Assembly: GCF_009834535.1 (NCBI RefSeq)
Contig: NC_045696.1
Coordinates: 96,474,001 to 96,538,000 of the forward strand
Length of the DNA stretch: 64,000 nucleotides
DNA from: Camelus ferus
Lineage: Eukaryota
Direction of reading: 5' to 3'
Shown: positions 36,836 through 52,442 of the stretch, one piece after another
Numbering within the stretch: the stretch's first letter is position 1
How the letters are laid out: every line of letters begins with the position of its first letter
Position numbers and translations under genes: made by a program
Notes under the pieces: generated by a model
Seen by the model: the letters and a program-made list of their open reading frames with translations, nothing else
Databases searched by the model: none
What the model was told of the DNA's origin: nothing

Positions 36836-38257
36836 AAGAATGATCCAGGACCTGGGTGTGTATGTACATGTGTGTATGTGAAAGAGAGAGAGGTGGAGAG
36901 AGAGAATGGTCATCACCATTATTATCATCACAGCAATCAGGAAGGAGAGGTATTTGTTACAAATCCTGGAAAACTGACAAAGTGAAGAGAGACAACTACA
37001 AACTGTGCTTGCTTGTGTTAAATACTAATGATCATTACCATCGTTTATTAGGACCATTTACCATTTGTGTCTAGTTACCAGCCAGTGTATCACTGACTGT
37101 GTGTCAGGTTCATCCTGCTATAAATTATATCGATATGAAAATCAATATTACGTAGGTATAAGATGAGTCATCTTTGTTGTCCCGCTGGCCAGAGAGGCTT
37201 GCGGCCCCTCTGTTATAGGCTACCCTGAGGTGCATCTTGAAGGCAATGCCCCCTAAGTTGGAGGTGGCAGCCAGCAAGAGAAACAGGAGTTTGGTTTGAC
37301 TTGCAGATGAGTTCGAAGATTTCTTAGTCACAACAGTCTTAATCTCTCACATTATACACAGCTTCTCCTCCCTTATTTCTGCCAGTCTCTGGTCTTTTTC
37401 CATCTGTTCTGGGACTTCCTTTCATTTGGTGTGAGATGTTCCAGCGCAGACAGGCTGGGTTGTCACAAAGGTAATAGCACTGCATTTGCTCAGGACTCCC
37501 GGTTCCCAAAGTCTTTTCCATATTTCTCTCTCAGTGATAGCTGTGATGGGGACTAAGCGAGGGTTATCACCATTTGTGGATGAGCCAAAATAAAGTTTTC
37601 GAGAGGTTTGGCAATCTGCCCCAGTTCATCTGGTCCGTAGGGTGCAGAATGGGGGCTTCTCAACCCTGGAGTTGGGAGTGAACAGTCTTTCTTCTGTGCT
37701 GTGCAGTCTTGACGTCAGGGAAACACTATCCATTCACATTCGATCTCTGCTGGGGATGTCCTGGGCTGGTGGCCCCCTGTGGTTATGTGCACACCGAGTC
37801 TGTGTCTTCCAAGAGCAGTCTTTGTGCCTTCTGCTCCCTCTCCTTGATAGACCCAGGACAGATCATTTTTTAAGTGCAATTCTGGGCTCTGACTCACTCT
37901 GAAATACTCCTGCCTCTATTTCTCTGTAGAGACAATTTTTTCTTTTGAGGGTGAGAGCAGAGGTGGCTGGGAAATAAACTCCGGCCATAGAATCAGACCC
38001 TGGTCTGACATGGAGAAGACTGTTCCAGATGTGTGCTTCTCCTTCATCTGTCCTTCTCAGAAACCATTAGAGCCAGTTTGGTGCACAGCTGGGAAGAGGT
38101 ACCCTGGCTCTGGACCAGTTGGGTCCCATGTTTCTCTTGTCCACACTCTTCAACTGGCTCTAAATGCCTGAATGTGATATTCAGAGCCTCCAGGATCAGA
38201 CCTAAGGGACTTTCCAGTCTTAGTTGCCACTTACTTTCTGCCCTGTGGCCCAGCACG

Positions 38258-38268
38258 TGCGCGCGCGT

Positions 38269-38302
<34 letters not shown>
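38258..38302. repeat. (CG)n(CA)n compound microsatellite
   Basis: gcgcgcgcgtgcg followed by a CA run. Confidence 0.92.
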
Positions 38303-38305
<3 letters not shown>

Positions 38306-39868
38306 TAGTCCTGCTGAACTACTCACCGTCCCTGGATACCCAGTATTGTATGTGTCTGCTTGTAGATCTTCCTCTCTGTCCAGCCTCCACTCCTTTACAG
38401 GCAATAGGCCACTGTGTGGTCTATCCCAGTGTGGGATGTGTGCCTGTGCTGGAGCATGGGGTGCTTTGGGAGATACGACAGTAACATTAAATGACACTGA
38501 GTTACCTCGTGGGAAAGTTACCCCCTTCTCCACTCTGGCAGGCCGGGGGGAAGAGCAGGTGAGGGGCAGCACATGTTCACGCCTCTTTAACACTCCTTCC
38601 TCTCTTTTCAATTCAAAGGAGTGCAGGGCTCAGTCCGAGCTTTCCTAGGCAATGGTTTCTATCGTAATTCAGTAACATCATTTTATTTCCATTGTGTGTT
38701 TCTGGATCATGTATGACAAGTGATTTTGATTCCCATTTAAGGACGTGATGTAAGGTGTCCTTTCAAATAAGTGTTATAAATACATGTTTTCGAAATTATA
38801 AAAGAGTGGCCCAAGCCAATGAGAAATATTAATTCAGTGATGATCAGCACACAAAAATGAGAGCAGCACATACAGGATTAAAGTTGACGAGGCGGGGGGA
38901 GTGGTGTTAGAATGGGTGCAATTCCCAGCTCTGCTTCTCCTTAGGAAAACACTTTCCTGTAAAAGGAGGATAGTAACAGTATTTCCTCAAACACTTAAAT
39001 TAACACACTGAATACAAAGCACTTAGCTCAGTGCCTGGTGTGTTGAAAATGCTCAATAAATGCGAGAAGCCATTTGCCAGCCTAGTTCAAATGCCACCTC
39101 TTCCAGGAAAACTTCCTGACTCCTTCGGTCAGAAGTTCTCTCTCCTTCCTCTCTTCTCTCATGGCACTTCTTCTGGCATTTCTAGTCCTGTCTTGTACAC
39201 AGTTGTGAGGTATTAGACGCTTTCCATATCTGTACCCCCACACAGACCTAGCACATGCCATCACTACTACGTCTCTGATCATAAAGGGATTCCCTTTCTG
39301 TCACATGTTTGGTTTACAAATGCTTATATCCAGTTTCCTGATATTTCTAAAAGATCCTCTCCAATCTCAACATGCTGTAGAGACTCTAGGGCAAAGGGCA
39401 GAGAGGCTTGTTTGATATTGTTTACACCCCCGATGGCACTCAGGCTAGAGTCACAGAGTCCTGCCTCTTCCTTTTTTCTGGAGCAAGAAAGACAGACCTA
39501 AAGCTGGGAGCATAGAGGTGACAGAGTCATGGCCAAAGGGCCGAGAGGCCTAAGGACACAGCAGCAGCCCCTCGTGGACGGCCAGGGGGAACGGGGAAGG
39601 GGGATGGCAATGGAAGGTGAGACAGACACGGGGACAAAACCCAGATGGGGACAACAGGGTGCAGGGTTGACACTCTGAGCCTTCAGGATACAATGTCCTA
39701 AGAGAACCTGATGCGAATCTCTTGCACAGGACTGGATGGTTATAACTGGGGACAGAGTAATATGCAAACCTGGCCCGAGGAAGGGGACAGGCCCACCTCC
39801 AGGAGCTCACCACCTTGCTTAAAGCTGTTTGATGAAGACTGTGTCTAGGAAGATTTATCTTTGTCTGA

Positions 39869-40099
<231 letters not shown>

Positions 40100-40631
40100 T
40101 AATCACATGTGGAAACATCTTTAAAATTTAATCTTAAACGGTAATGGGCTATTTATAATTATAGCATACTATCTAGGATGTAACAAAGTCTCGAACTCCT
40201 CTCCACCCTCTTCCAAATTCTGGGTTTTCCTGGTTATTCTCTCCAAGTCCTAAGCATCCCTAAGAATTTAGGAGCAGGAAGAGATCTAGGAATTTCCTTC
40301 TCATTTGTCTAAAATCTCAATCATTCATAGCACTGATCACCAGTCACACAGAATGTCAAGAGCCAGCCAACTAGTTCCTTACCTCCTGCAAATCTAAAAG
40401 TGGGATGTGAGGCCGGGGCCCAGGGAGGGTAGGGTAGAGGATGACAGATTTCCCCGGGTGCCCATCTACAAGGCTCCACCAAGAAGCTAGTAATTGCTAA
40501 TTCTGGCCTGGTCATGACCCCCAGCCCCAGCCCACGGGGAAGGAGACCCATGTAGAGTACGGGGTCCCTCACCCAGCCTTGGGGAGGCTGTATCCCACAG
40601 GGAAAAGGCTGCAGAGAAGAATAAATAATGA

Positions 40632-40814
<183 letters not shown>

Positions 40815-41049
40815 TAAGAAGGAGTCATCCTCCTATTTAATGAGGCTGACAAAGTACAGTGGTAGCTTCCTATTTAAAAAATCAGCTCAAATTATTTTGT
40901 CCTTGGAAGTTAACATACCCCTCAATGCACAAGGCTCTATGCTCGATATTAGAGGAAACAGATAATTAAAAGGCATCTACCTCCCTCAGGCAGGATAAGT
41001 TCTCACCCAAAACAGAAACTAAGTGTCTAATCTATTCTAAGATCACGAA

Positions 41050-41470
41050 TTCCCGGGTTCCTTTAGGAGCAGAGCCAGAGATGGGAATTCTTTATGCAAG
41101 TGATTTATTAAGGGAATGAATGCCCTCAGGAGAAACCTGTAAGAGAGAGAGGGAAGCAGGCTAGGAAGGAAGAATGTGGTTGCCTGTGATGTCTAGTCTC
41201 GGCCTGGTCCATAGGACCTCTGGGGGTACTTGCCCCAGCTGCAGATAAGAGGGCGGGGCCTTTTCACCTCCCACCCCAGTCAGGCATCCGCTGTGGGCCA
41301 TCCTATGGGAATAACTCCCAGTCACTTCCAGGTAACGTGGCTCCAGTTTTTCGGAGAAAGTGGAAAAGTCGGAGCCACTAGCAGCAGGACGTAAGGCAGA
41401 GGTAGGACATGTCCACCAACTGGGGAAAAGGGGTCCCAGGGAACCTAGATGGAACAGACACAACACTTGC
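41050..41470. mobile_element. Old ERVL/MaLR-type LTR
   Basis: 'ggttcctttaggagcagagccagagatgggaattctttatgcaagtgatttatt' is an LTR terminal motif. Confidence 0.55.
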
Positions 41471-42599
41471 CACACAAATATGAAGCATTCAGCACAGTAG
41501 CTGGCACATGGCAAGTACTAAATCAACAGCAATAAGTCACTGCTACTATCCACCTGCTCCATGAAGCCTTCCTGAACCTTCCAGGTCACAAGCTCTCTCT
41601 CCTTCATCTGTGGTCTCACAGCACTTTGTTTTAGTCTCATCCTACCTTGTACTAGGGTTTTGGAGTAGGAGGCTCTCATTACTCATCTCTGTACCACCGC
41701 AGAGCTAGGTGGAGTCTGTAAGTCATTGCTGAGTTCATTAACCTCTATCATGTGTCTCATGACAACAGTTGTCAATGTGAAACACTTAGAAAATGAGCCT
41801 AGGAGAGGTCTGTGATGTGAAGATTGGCTCCCATTTGTGGGGAAGTCTGACCACCAGGGATTATTCAGTGGGATCTAGGGGTTAAGAACAGTCAGGAGGC
41901 AGACTGTCTGCATTCAAACCCCTGCTCTAGCACTCCAAGGGTGAGTGACCAGGGGCAAATTACTCAACCTCTCTTACTTTCCTCACTGCTAAAACGGGAG
42001 CAACACTAGTACCCACTGCAAAGGTTGCTGTGGATTAAATGAGGTGCTGTGTGTTAGGCGCTTACAACGATGCTGGGCATAGTGAGTGCCGGGTGAGTAT
42101 AAGCTGCAGGTGACTAAGGGGAACCTGAGGGAGGCCTCAAATGATGCGCGGGGTGTGATCGGCAGAAAGGATGGACATGACATGCATAATAAAGACAGAC
42201 AAGTGCAAGACTAAAAGCATGGGGGTGGAATGCGGAAAATATGTTCAGGGGACGGGTCCCTCTGGGGCAGATGGTCTGCAAAATGGAAACCTGATTGTCT
42301 GGAGTTGTGCTTGGGAAGGGCCTGTGTTGTTGGGTTAAGGAGTTTGGGCAGAGCCCTGCTGGAGTTCAGGAAAGAGGACAGTGTCTGGATTCAGTGGGGA
42401 TGGTAATGCACAGCGTGAGGTGGGCCGAGAACCCAGGGGAAAGACATGCTGGGTGAGGACCAGTTCCAGTGCCAGCAGAGAGGACGGGGCGCTCCCTGAC
42501 ATCCTCACTGTGTAGGTTGACGAAAGAACCAAACAGACCCATGCTGCACTCAGAAGGTCCATGAAAGTGGAGGCCTGGCCCCGGTCACGTTCACTGTAG

Positions 42600-43321
<722 letters not shown>

Positions 43322-43662
43322 AAGAATATGCATACCTGAAATCATCATAAACTGCCATTTCCATAACCATTCTTTTAAACATAGCTAAATTCTACCTATT
43401 AGGAAAAAAATTCTGTTTATGGTTTTACTACCCAAGCTATCGTATTGGTTTAAAACTGAGGAAAGTGGAAGTGAGGCCAACGGCCACCCAACTTTACCGT
43501 GCAGGTTTTACACGGCCTTGTGCAAGATAATATGTCGGTTTTTAACAATGTGATTTTGCAATGAAACAAAGGACTCCTTTGAGGTAATGACAGTGAGTTG
43601 ACATCTTCTAGATGTCACTTTCATCCTCCTTTCCGTTTTTATCTTCTGTGCCTGATTTATAG

Positions 43663-43728
43663 CTCCAGCTGTTTGAACTTGTAGAGAAAGAAGCCACTGA
43701 GAAATTCATCTATGATCATTTACAATGT
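43663..43728 (+). CDS. MINDY4B: MINDY4B coding exon 7
   Basis: ttatag|LQLFELVEKEATEKFIYDHLQC|gtaagt; 66 nt. Confidence 0.95.
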
Positions 43729-44309
43729 GTAAGTGTTCAAGTGTTGAGATGATTCCTTTATGTTGAACTGATCTTACAGGAATCTTCTTCCTTTTATAAA
43801 GTGTATTTCTAATGATGCTTGTTAAGAAAACCAGGTCATTTTGGGGACTAAGAGAGGGCGGAATGAGAGAAAGAGAAGCCCGCCTCTCCCTCCCCACAAT
43901 CTAGAAAGGAGCCAGATCACACACAGGCCCACTCACAAATGCCTCTTCCTCCCTGGCTAATCAAACCCAGAGAATAATACTATAGAGGGCATATATGGCA
44001 AGATTGCTTTTGTGATAGAGAAAGTGTTATGCCAGTCTTGTCTGATCTAAGGGATAAAACACAAAAATGGTAGGCTGAATTGCCAAAATGGCCGTGCACA
44101 CTGGCTCAGAAAAATGACTTCCAGTCTAAAAAAGGTGGCCCCCTTTCAGCTCTTCTATCAGCACCTTCCACACGACGCCCTCCCCTGCAATGAAATCTTC
44201 CCCACCCGCTGCATGGGAAGGAGGCAAAGTCAGGGACAGTGATGGTGGGAAATGGAAGGTGCTTTTTTAAGACTCCTCTGTGGAGAAAGAAATTTGATGA
44301 TGAAAGACG

Positions 44310-44824
44310 AAAGATGTCCATACCCTGCCCCCTAGAACCCATGAATGTTTTGTTACATGGCAAGGGGAAATTTAGGTTGCTAATCAGCTGACTCTAAAAT
44401 AGGGAGATTATCCTGGATTACCCAGATGGGCCCAATGTAATGTGAAGGGTCCTTAACTGCGGATAAGGAAGGCAGAAGAGAAGGGAAGAGTGATGTGATA
44501 TGAGAAGAGTGTCACCCACTGTTGCTGGCTTTGAAGGTGGAAGGTGGGGGCCATGAACCAAGGAATGTGGGCCAGGCTGCTAGAAGCTGGAAAGGGCAAG
44601 GAAACACTCTCCCCTAGAGTCTCCAGAAGGAAAGCAGGGCTGCTGACATCTTGCAAAGATGCAAGGGAGGATCCTCCCCTAGGGCCTTCAGAGAGAGCAT
44701 GGCCCTCCTCTGACACCTCAATTTCAGACTTCTATCCCCCACAACTGTGAAAGAATAAATTCCTACTGTTTCAAGCCATTCAAATTCCTGGCCATTTGTA
44801 CAGCAATCCTAGGAAACCAATACA
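44310..44824 (+). mobile_element. MaLR LTR (MLT1C/D-like)
   Basis: 'agggagattatcctggattacccagatgggcccaatgtaat' and the end 'cctaggaaaccaataca'. Confidence 0.8.
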
Positions 44825-45039
44825 TCTGTCACATATGATCTACAGTATTAGCTTACAAGGTGTTGTATTTTTTAAAATTTGCGTCAGTGAACATCAAAAA
44901 TAATCAGAAAATTCCACATAAAAATCTAAATGCTTAGCTTTCCCCAGCAAAATCAGAAAATCTGGCTGTACTATGCCTATATTGTTGCATGTCCTCAATT
45001 AGCTGAGCTAAGGGACGGTGATTCCCATTAGACAAGTGG

Positions 45040-45396
45040 TGATAGACTGAATGACATCACCTAACTGGTAAAAAGGTCTCTGCAGATATGATTAAGTTCA
45101 AGATCTCAGATGGGGAGATTATTATGAATTTTCCTGGTGGGCCCAATTAATCATAAGGGTCTTAGAAGGGGAAGAGGACGGCAGGGGAGAAGAGGCTATG
45201 TGATATGGAATAAGGGTTAGGAAACATGATCTCCCAGAAAGCCTCCAGAGGGAACACAGGCCAATCAGCAGTTTGAATCAAGCCCAGTGATGCCAGGGCT
45301 GGACGTCTACTCTCCAGAGCTGTAACATCATGGATTCCTGTTGTTTTAAGCCCCAGGTCCCTGGTAATCTGTTAGGGCAGCAACAGGAAACTCACA
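45040..45396 (+). mobile_element. MaLR LTR (MLT1B/C-like)
   Basis: 'ctctgcagatatgattaag..gatggggagattatt' and the end 'gttagggcagcaacaggaaactcaca'. Confidence 0.7.
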
Positions 45397-46453
45397 AGTG
45401 CCCTCCTATGCCTCAGACCCCACCCCTCCCCCTTTCCCTCACACCTTGCAGTACAGACCTACTCAGGTGGTTCCCATCTGGCTCCTGTGGCACTGAAATT
45501 TGTTCTCCTGCCTGAGGGCCCAGCCCCTGCCAGGTCACAGATAGTGAAGGGGACAAATTAAAAGAAAAGCACATGCATTTTAGCAGAAGCCTTCCTGATA
45601 CAATGCCTGTAAAGAAGAGGCTTTTTAACCTTGAGCACCCTGAAAGCCAGCCCAAGGGGCATCTTGAGCAGGTAGAGTATTGACATTAAGCTAAGATAAG
45701 GCCAACCAATGGGAGGCCCTGAATGTGGATGGATTTTATCCTGGAGCTCACAGGGCACCTTTGGAAAGCTTGGAGCAGAAAAGTAACCTGGCCAAGAAAA
45801 GAGACAGGGAGAAGTGCCTTAGAGCGGAACAGATACTAATTTTACCGTGGTTCTGGCATGTTCTAAGAACTAAAGTAGGTACTGTGCATTCTTTTATTTA
45901 ACAACTTTTGCAACAATCCTAAGGAAAAAGGGTTTTTTTATTCTGCAGTTGCAGATGAGATTAAAACTCAAAGAAGTAAGTTGGAGTACATTGGTTTGAA
46001 CCTAGGTTTGCAGAACTCCAAAGCTATTTCTAGAAAGCCTCTCTGATCCCCTTGAGTATAATGGGGTGACAAGGAGGGACGCACTGACTGAGGGAGGCTG
46101 GATAAGGGCCAGAGCAATGCTGATGGCCTGGGCTAGGATGGACCAGAAAAGTGGAGAGAAAAGACAGACTACATCTGGGCCAGGATTTAAAGAGAATCAC
46201 ATGATAGAAGTGGTGGAAAGATAGATGGGTTGGAAACCAAGGGAATGGTGGTGCCACTGGCAGGCCTGAAGCAAGGAAGGAGGCTGCATTTGAGAGTGAA
46301 GATGACCTTGGGAAGCAGAGGGAGCTCCTTCTGCCCTTTTGGTAGCTAGAAAAAAAAAATCTCTCAGGCTGTAAATCCTTGAACTCAGGCCCATAAATCC
46401 ACAGAGCTGCATTGCTTTTAGGCAAACATGCTTTTCCTTTGTTTTCCAAATAG

Positions 46454-46524
46454 TTCAAAGGGGAAGGAAGCCATGGTGTCATCTTGTTTCTTTACAGCCT
46501 GATCTTCTCCAGAACATTTGAAAG
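46454..46524 (+). CDS. MINDY4B: MINDY4B coding exon 8
   Basis: aaatag|FKGEGSHGVILFLYSLIFSRTFE(R)|gtaaat; 71 nt. Confidence 0.95.
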
Positions 46525-47883
46525 GTAAATTCTACAAATGTTTACACAGGGATTTCCTATAGCTCTGGGGTCACATAAACAATGTCCTCTTGTGTTGGAA
46601 AATATTTTCATGCCTTACTGGAAACATGAGTACAATTTTTTTTTCCAATGGATGTTCTTCTGTTGATGCGTCCTTTCCTGTAGTTGGTTTGGCCTGTATT
46701 AATGGGAGAGTGGATGTCACTAGAAGAGTTTAAATCTACTTTTTTAGCACAGTAGTAGGTTCCTTCTTCTTGTGGTTATAAATATTGGGACAACAACCAA
46801 GCTTATTTGTACAATTTTCATAAATGAGAATATTTTGTTATCTCTATGCACAATAAAATATATATCCACAAATATTTATTTTATCACTATGATAGGCAAA
46901 GCCCTGTCTTGGCACTGTGGGAAATACAAATAAAAGAAGACATGGCCCTGGCCTCCTGCAGGTTCCAGTCTGGGAAAGCCAAGGGTACATACAGAGAGAC
47001 TTGGCAAGTCCCAGGTGGTACCTGATGTGCCAAATGAGGTGCAAAGACAGTGAATCTTAGTGGATTCCAGAGAAGGAAGGGGCCCCAACAGATAGGGTAC
47101 TCAAGGAGTGCTTCTTGGAAGAAGCAGATTTTTTCTTCTGGGCCCTGGAAAAAGAGAAAACTTTTGAGAGTCAGAGAGAGAGAGACAGAGGGCCCCAGAA
47201 AGGATGAATCTCAAGCTTTGAAGCAGTGTTCCTGAAACTTTTCTTTTGCATATCACCACATCTTTAGGTCTTATTCACAGAAGTACATGACCTCCCAGTC
47301 CTGTAATAGGTTCGTTCAAGAACACATGCAGCTCACATACTGAGTACTCCCCCTGGGTAACAGCAGGAGCCACTTTCCACCTTTGTATTATATTGTCCTG
47401 GGTAGAATCCTGACCCCTGGTCCCTAATGAAACTATAGAGGCTGCAGCCAAGAAAGAGGCTTAACTCCCAAGCTGGTGTTTCCCGGAACAGTCTGTTCAA
47501 CTCTGCCTTGGGCCAGCACTCTCCGGAGTGGTCACGTGTCACCACCCTAAGCCAAGAGTCCCTCGGCACTCAGAGCCAACAGTTTCTCTACTGAGCCCAG
47601 CATCCACACACAGCCCACACCCAGGGATTCTAACATGTGTGGTCTCACCATTTATCACTGGCTTCCCCCAACTGCATTTAGAGCTTTCCCATCACATCTG
47701 CAGCCCCAGTCCAAGAAGCTTTCCCAGCGACATGGAAACATGCCAGGCACACAGGAAGGCAGTGACCAGACGAGCCCCTGTTACTGCTGTTCTCTGTGTG
47801 TGTGTGGTGGGGTGGGGCGGGGTGGGAGTAGAAGGAGAAGCTGCAAGTTCTTGGAGAAGCCATAGTTTCTGGTATTGTGCTGA

Positions 47884-48033
<150 letters not shown>

Positions 48034-48552
48034 TAATTAAGCATATTCTCTCCACAAGTGAAGAATGATCAAATTACCTTTGAAAGACTAAGAAGATGCC
48101 CCTGAGTTTGTTACCAGATTCTGCTTTCCAGTTTCCATTACAGCCCTTTCTAGTAAGGGCTCTGAGAGCCCGACATCCCTGAGATTCTAGAAACATTAGC
48201 AAGTATCTTGGCAAGACCCACCAGGAATCCCTAATAACTGAAAGAAAAGTGCCGTAAAAACATCTTAGCTCCATGCATCTTAAATCACAACCATGGAAAC
48301 CAAAGTTTAAAAGAAATACCAAGGGAGGAAGGGCACATGGGGAGTTACGAGGCATGGCTCAAGAAAAGAATCAATAAACTCCTCTTTCAACTCTACCAAA
48401 CATTTATGACATGGTTTTCCAGAGTTATACACTGTGTGATTGCATTCTTTCCAGTAAAAATGGTAGTTTTATGATAATTAAAAGCAAAGAGAAATTAAAT
48501 CCTTATGTCAATGCTACCTGAAATGTAAATATTTGTAAAATATGTCACCTAG

Positions 48553-48771
<219 letters not shown>

Positions 48772-51224
48772 TGAAGCCTCTATATTAAGGCAATCCAAAT
48801 GTGAGCAGACTTTTTCCTTTACTACGTTCCTGCAGGCCTCCCACCCACCACACATACACACACACACACACAGAGATTTTTCAGGGTCTAAATGAAAATA
48901 TTCAAGTCAATTTGCTTCATATTTTACTTTATATACTTTTCTGTGTATAGAGTATAGGTAATCCAAGTCATATGCAAATAATTTCTTTTAAAAAAAAAAA
49001 CTTGAAATACACAAATAAAGGAAAGTCCCCTGGCACCCCCCTCATCAGAAATCAGCAGCTGATGGGCAGCTTCCCAATCCTTTATATATGCAAATGTGAA
49101 TGCATAGATTCTATTGTTCAAAGCTTGAAAAATATCACTGAAAAAAAGGGGGCTCACTTATGAAATGCTTATGAAATGTCTCTCAAAAAGCTTTTTCGCT
49201 CAGGGGATTTACAGCCTCTGACAACCAAGCAGTAGACTGTGCTGTTGAAAAGCACAACCAGAGGCTTAAGTAAGATATGGTTCTGCAAAAAACAGGCAAG
49301 AGAGAGAATGAGGAAGCAAGTCCACCCACCCATACCACAAATCAAAGATGCTTCTGTGATATTTGCACAGAAGTTTCATCCTAAAACCCAGGGAAGGCAA
49401 GACAGGTTCAGCGAAAAGCTCCGCTTCTCTGGAGCAGCCCTGAAACTAGCCAGGACGGACTTCAGTATGATGATGACAGAACCTCCCCCGGCTCACATCC
49501 ACCAGCTGCCAAGTGAGGCCCCGCTGCTCAGAGCCTGTCCTGTCCTCCACTCTCCCGGTTCTGGTTCAAAATCCCTTTCATACGTCCAGGGCTTCATACT
49601 TTATAAGGTCCTTTTATATCCATAGCTTCATCTGTCTTTCCTCCTACTGTTGGCTCCAGCTACAACGTGCTATTCATGAAATCAGCACCTCACAACACAC
49701 AAGTCAGGTGTCTGATGGCATCAGGAAAGTAGTCTCTGACTATCACAGAATTAGTAAATTCTGTGTACAAGTGTGTTTTTAAAGTTTGTTCAGTATTCCT
49801 TGAGTTTGAAATCTAGGTCCATCATAGAAAAATGAGAAGTGACGGACAAGCTAAAAGTAAAAGAAATGAACCAATCCCGTCACTCAGGCTCAATCCTCTC
49901 AGAAATGGTTCCTTCTCTTTCTGTTTCTCATATAAATATATTCAATTCTACTCTTCTGAACCCTGCTTTTCTCATTTAACACAAACATCCTTATATTCAG
50001 TGAATAGATGTCTGTCATACTTAATGGATGCAAAGAATGCCACTGTATGAATGTGGAAGACTGTACTTTGAATACGTCCTAAACAGAGAATAGATTTGTT
50101 ATTATTATAAAGTTCCTAATCACATGCTGTAGATAATTTGGAAATTCATCTTAGAATTTAATCTATATAATGACAAGGAAAACTAAGCTGGAAATAGGGG
50201 GCTTGTAGATTTCATTTTACATGTTTTCTTTTCTTTTAATCATGCATGGTCACTTGAGGTCCACCGTCAAGCACTCTGTATCAGAGCCCAGTAATATGCC
50301 AAGACTCAGTCTGGTAGGATACCCTAGGGGCAAGTTTCAAGGAGTAAGGATGCAAAAACCATAACAATAATTTTAGTGCTTTGTCTATTATTTCAAAGCT
50401 CTTTCACAATATTATTTCACTATATCGTCATCATAAACCACAAAGATTTAAAGCAGAGTTTCTCATATTTGCATCATTTGGGTAGGTAATTCACAAGCTT
50501 TGTCATATCTCTGCAGAACATCCACTATTATTTGCTGGATCTATTTTTCTTTAAATTAACTCGCTTTTAAAATTTGAATCCAACCATTTCATCAGCAGCA
50601 ATATAAGCCATGGGCTTGACATGCTATTTCTAATACATATTTAAGTAAATAAGTAAACATGTTTTTTTTTGAGGTTCCTCCCTTGGGCCACTGACTTTCA
50701 TGCCACACGTCACCCAGGGGCACGTGCACCATACTTTAAAAACCTGTTGTAAAAGTGAAGAATTTCCTGTAGCACGTGGGCAACAGCCCTGTCCTAGAAA
50801 CCAGGAGACTTGGTTAGAGGCCTCGCCCTGTTACTCACAGGAGTGTGGCTTGGGCCAGTCACTTACACTCCCTAAGACTGCTTCCTCATTCACAGACTAA
50901 TACCCTAATGCTCGCCCTTGCCAGTCCTAACAAGTGACAGATGGGAAGCGCAAACAAAATCATCAATGCTGAAGCTCACTGGAAAGCCAGAATGACCTCT
51001 ACATGTATGGGGCTTTATAATAGATGATGAGGAATTACAGTAGATGTTTCATTCAGCATCCACTGACTGTGAGACTCTGTGTCCGATACAAAGATAGCAT
51101 TATAGGTGGGTCAACACATACACACACACTGATAGCTGTAGGAAGGATATGGACAATAAAGCTGAAGCATAGTGATCTTGCCAGTGGCTGCACATTGAAA
51201 TCACCTGGAGAGTTTTGTTCTTTT

Positions 51225-51900
51225 CATTGACTTTACTTTTTAGAGCAGTTTGAGGCTCACAGAAAAACTGAGTGGAAAGTACCAAGATTTCCATATATCC
51301 TCCATCCCTACACATGCACAGCCTCCCCATTATCCCCAACCAGAGTGTGCATTTGTTACAACTGCTAAACCTACATTGACATATCATTATCACCCAAAGT
51401 CCGTAGGTTCATTCTTGGTGTTTATATTCTAGGGGTTTGGACAAACGTATAATGACATGTATCTACCATTCCAGCATCATGCAGAGTAGTTTTGCTGCCC
51501 TAAAAATCCTCTGTGCTCCACCTATTCCACCCTCCATCCCCTGCAACCCCAGAAACCATTGATTTTTTTTTTACTATCGCCATAGTTTTTGCCCTTTCCA
51601 GAATGTCATACAGTTGGAATCATATGGTATGTTTAGTTTTCCAAGAAACTACCAAGCTGCCTTCTGAAGTGCCTGTACCATTTTCCATTCCCACAAGCAA
51701 TGGATGAGCGTTCCTGTTGCTCCACATCCTTGCCCGCATTTGGTGTTGTCAGTGTTCTGGATTTCTGCCATTCTCAGAGGTGTGTAGTTGTATCTCGTTG
51801 TTTTAATTTGCATTGCTTGATAATAGAATGACATATGATGTGGAAGATCTTTGCAGATGCTTATTTGCCATCTCTCTGTCTTCTTTGTTGAGGTGTCTGT
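51225..51900 (-). mobile_element. L1 3' end (L1MA/MB-like), antisense
   Basis: 'tttagagcagtttgaggctcacagaaaaactgagtggaaagtac' and the reverse-strand ORF2 C-terminal peptide (MQIKTTRYNYTPLRMAEIQNTDNTKCG). Confidence 0.85.
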
Positions 51901-51959
51901 TAGTCTTTGGTCCACTTGGAGAGCTTCTAAAACTATCAGTGTCCAGATCCTCCTCCAGA

Positions 51960-52136
51960 ACAGCATCAGTGGCATGTGTGTAGGACCTGTGTCATCACAC
52001 ACAGCCCCACACTTAGAAGGCTCTGCATTGATTTAATGCTCTGCTGTTACTGCCTTAAAATTCTTAACACTTTTTAGACAAGGGCCCCTACTTTCTCATC
52101 TTGCATCAGGCCCCACCAATTGTACAGCTGGTCCTA
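51960..52136. mobile_element. hAT DNA transposon (MER45-like)
   Basis: 'tttaatgctctgctgttactgccttaaaattcttaa...aaggcccc..ggccccaccaattgtacagctggtcct'. Confidence 0.6.
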
Positions 52137-52227
52137 CACAGTGACCTAGAGAGCACCTGGGCCTGAGAATTTCGTAAAGCCCTCAGGTGATTCTAACGTG
52201 CATCCAGGGTTAGATACCTCTGTTCTA

Positions 52228-52442
52228 GAGCAGGGCTGACAAACCTCAGCATGACTGACATTCTGGACTTGATAACTCTTTGTGGTGGGGCTGTCCTGTG
52301 CATTGTGTGATGTTTAGCAGCATCCTGGCCTCTACCCATTAAATGTCAGTAACACTGCCCCCCAGTGTGACAACCCAAAATGTCTCCAGACATTGCCAGA
52401 TGTCCCCTGGGGGACAAAATGCCCGACTGAACCATCACTCTA
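52228..52442. mobile_element. hAT DNA transposon (MER20-like)
   Basis: 'ggggctgtcctgtgcattgtgtgatgtttagcagcatcctggcctctaccca...aaatgtctccagacattgccagatgtcccctgggg'. Confidence 0.8.
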
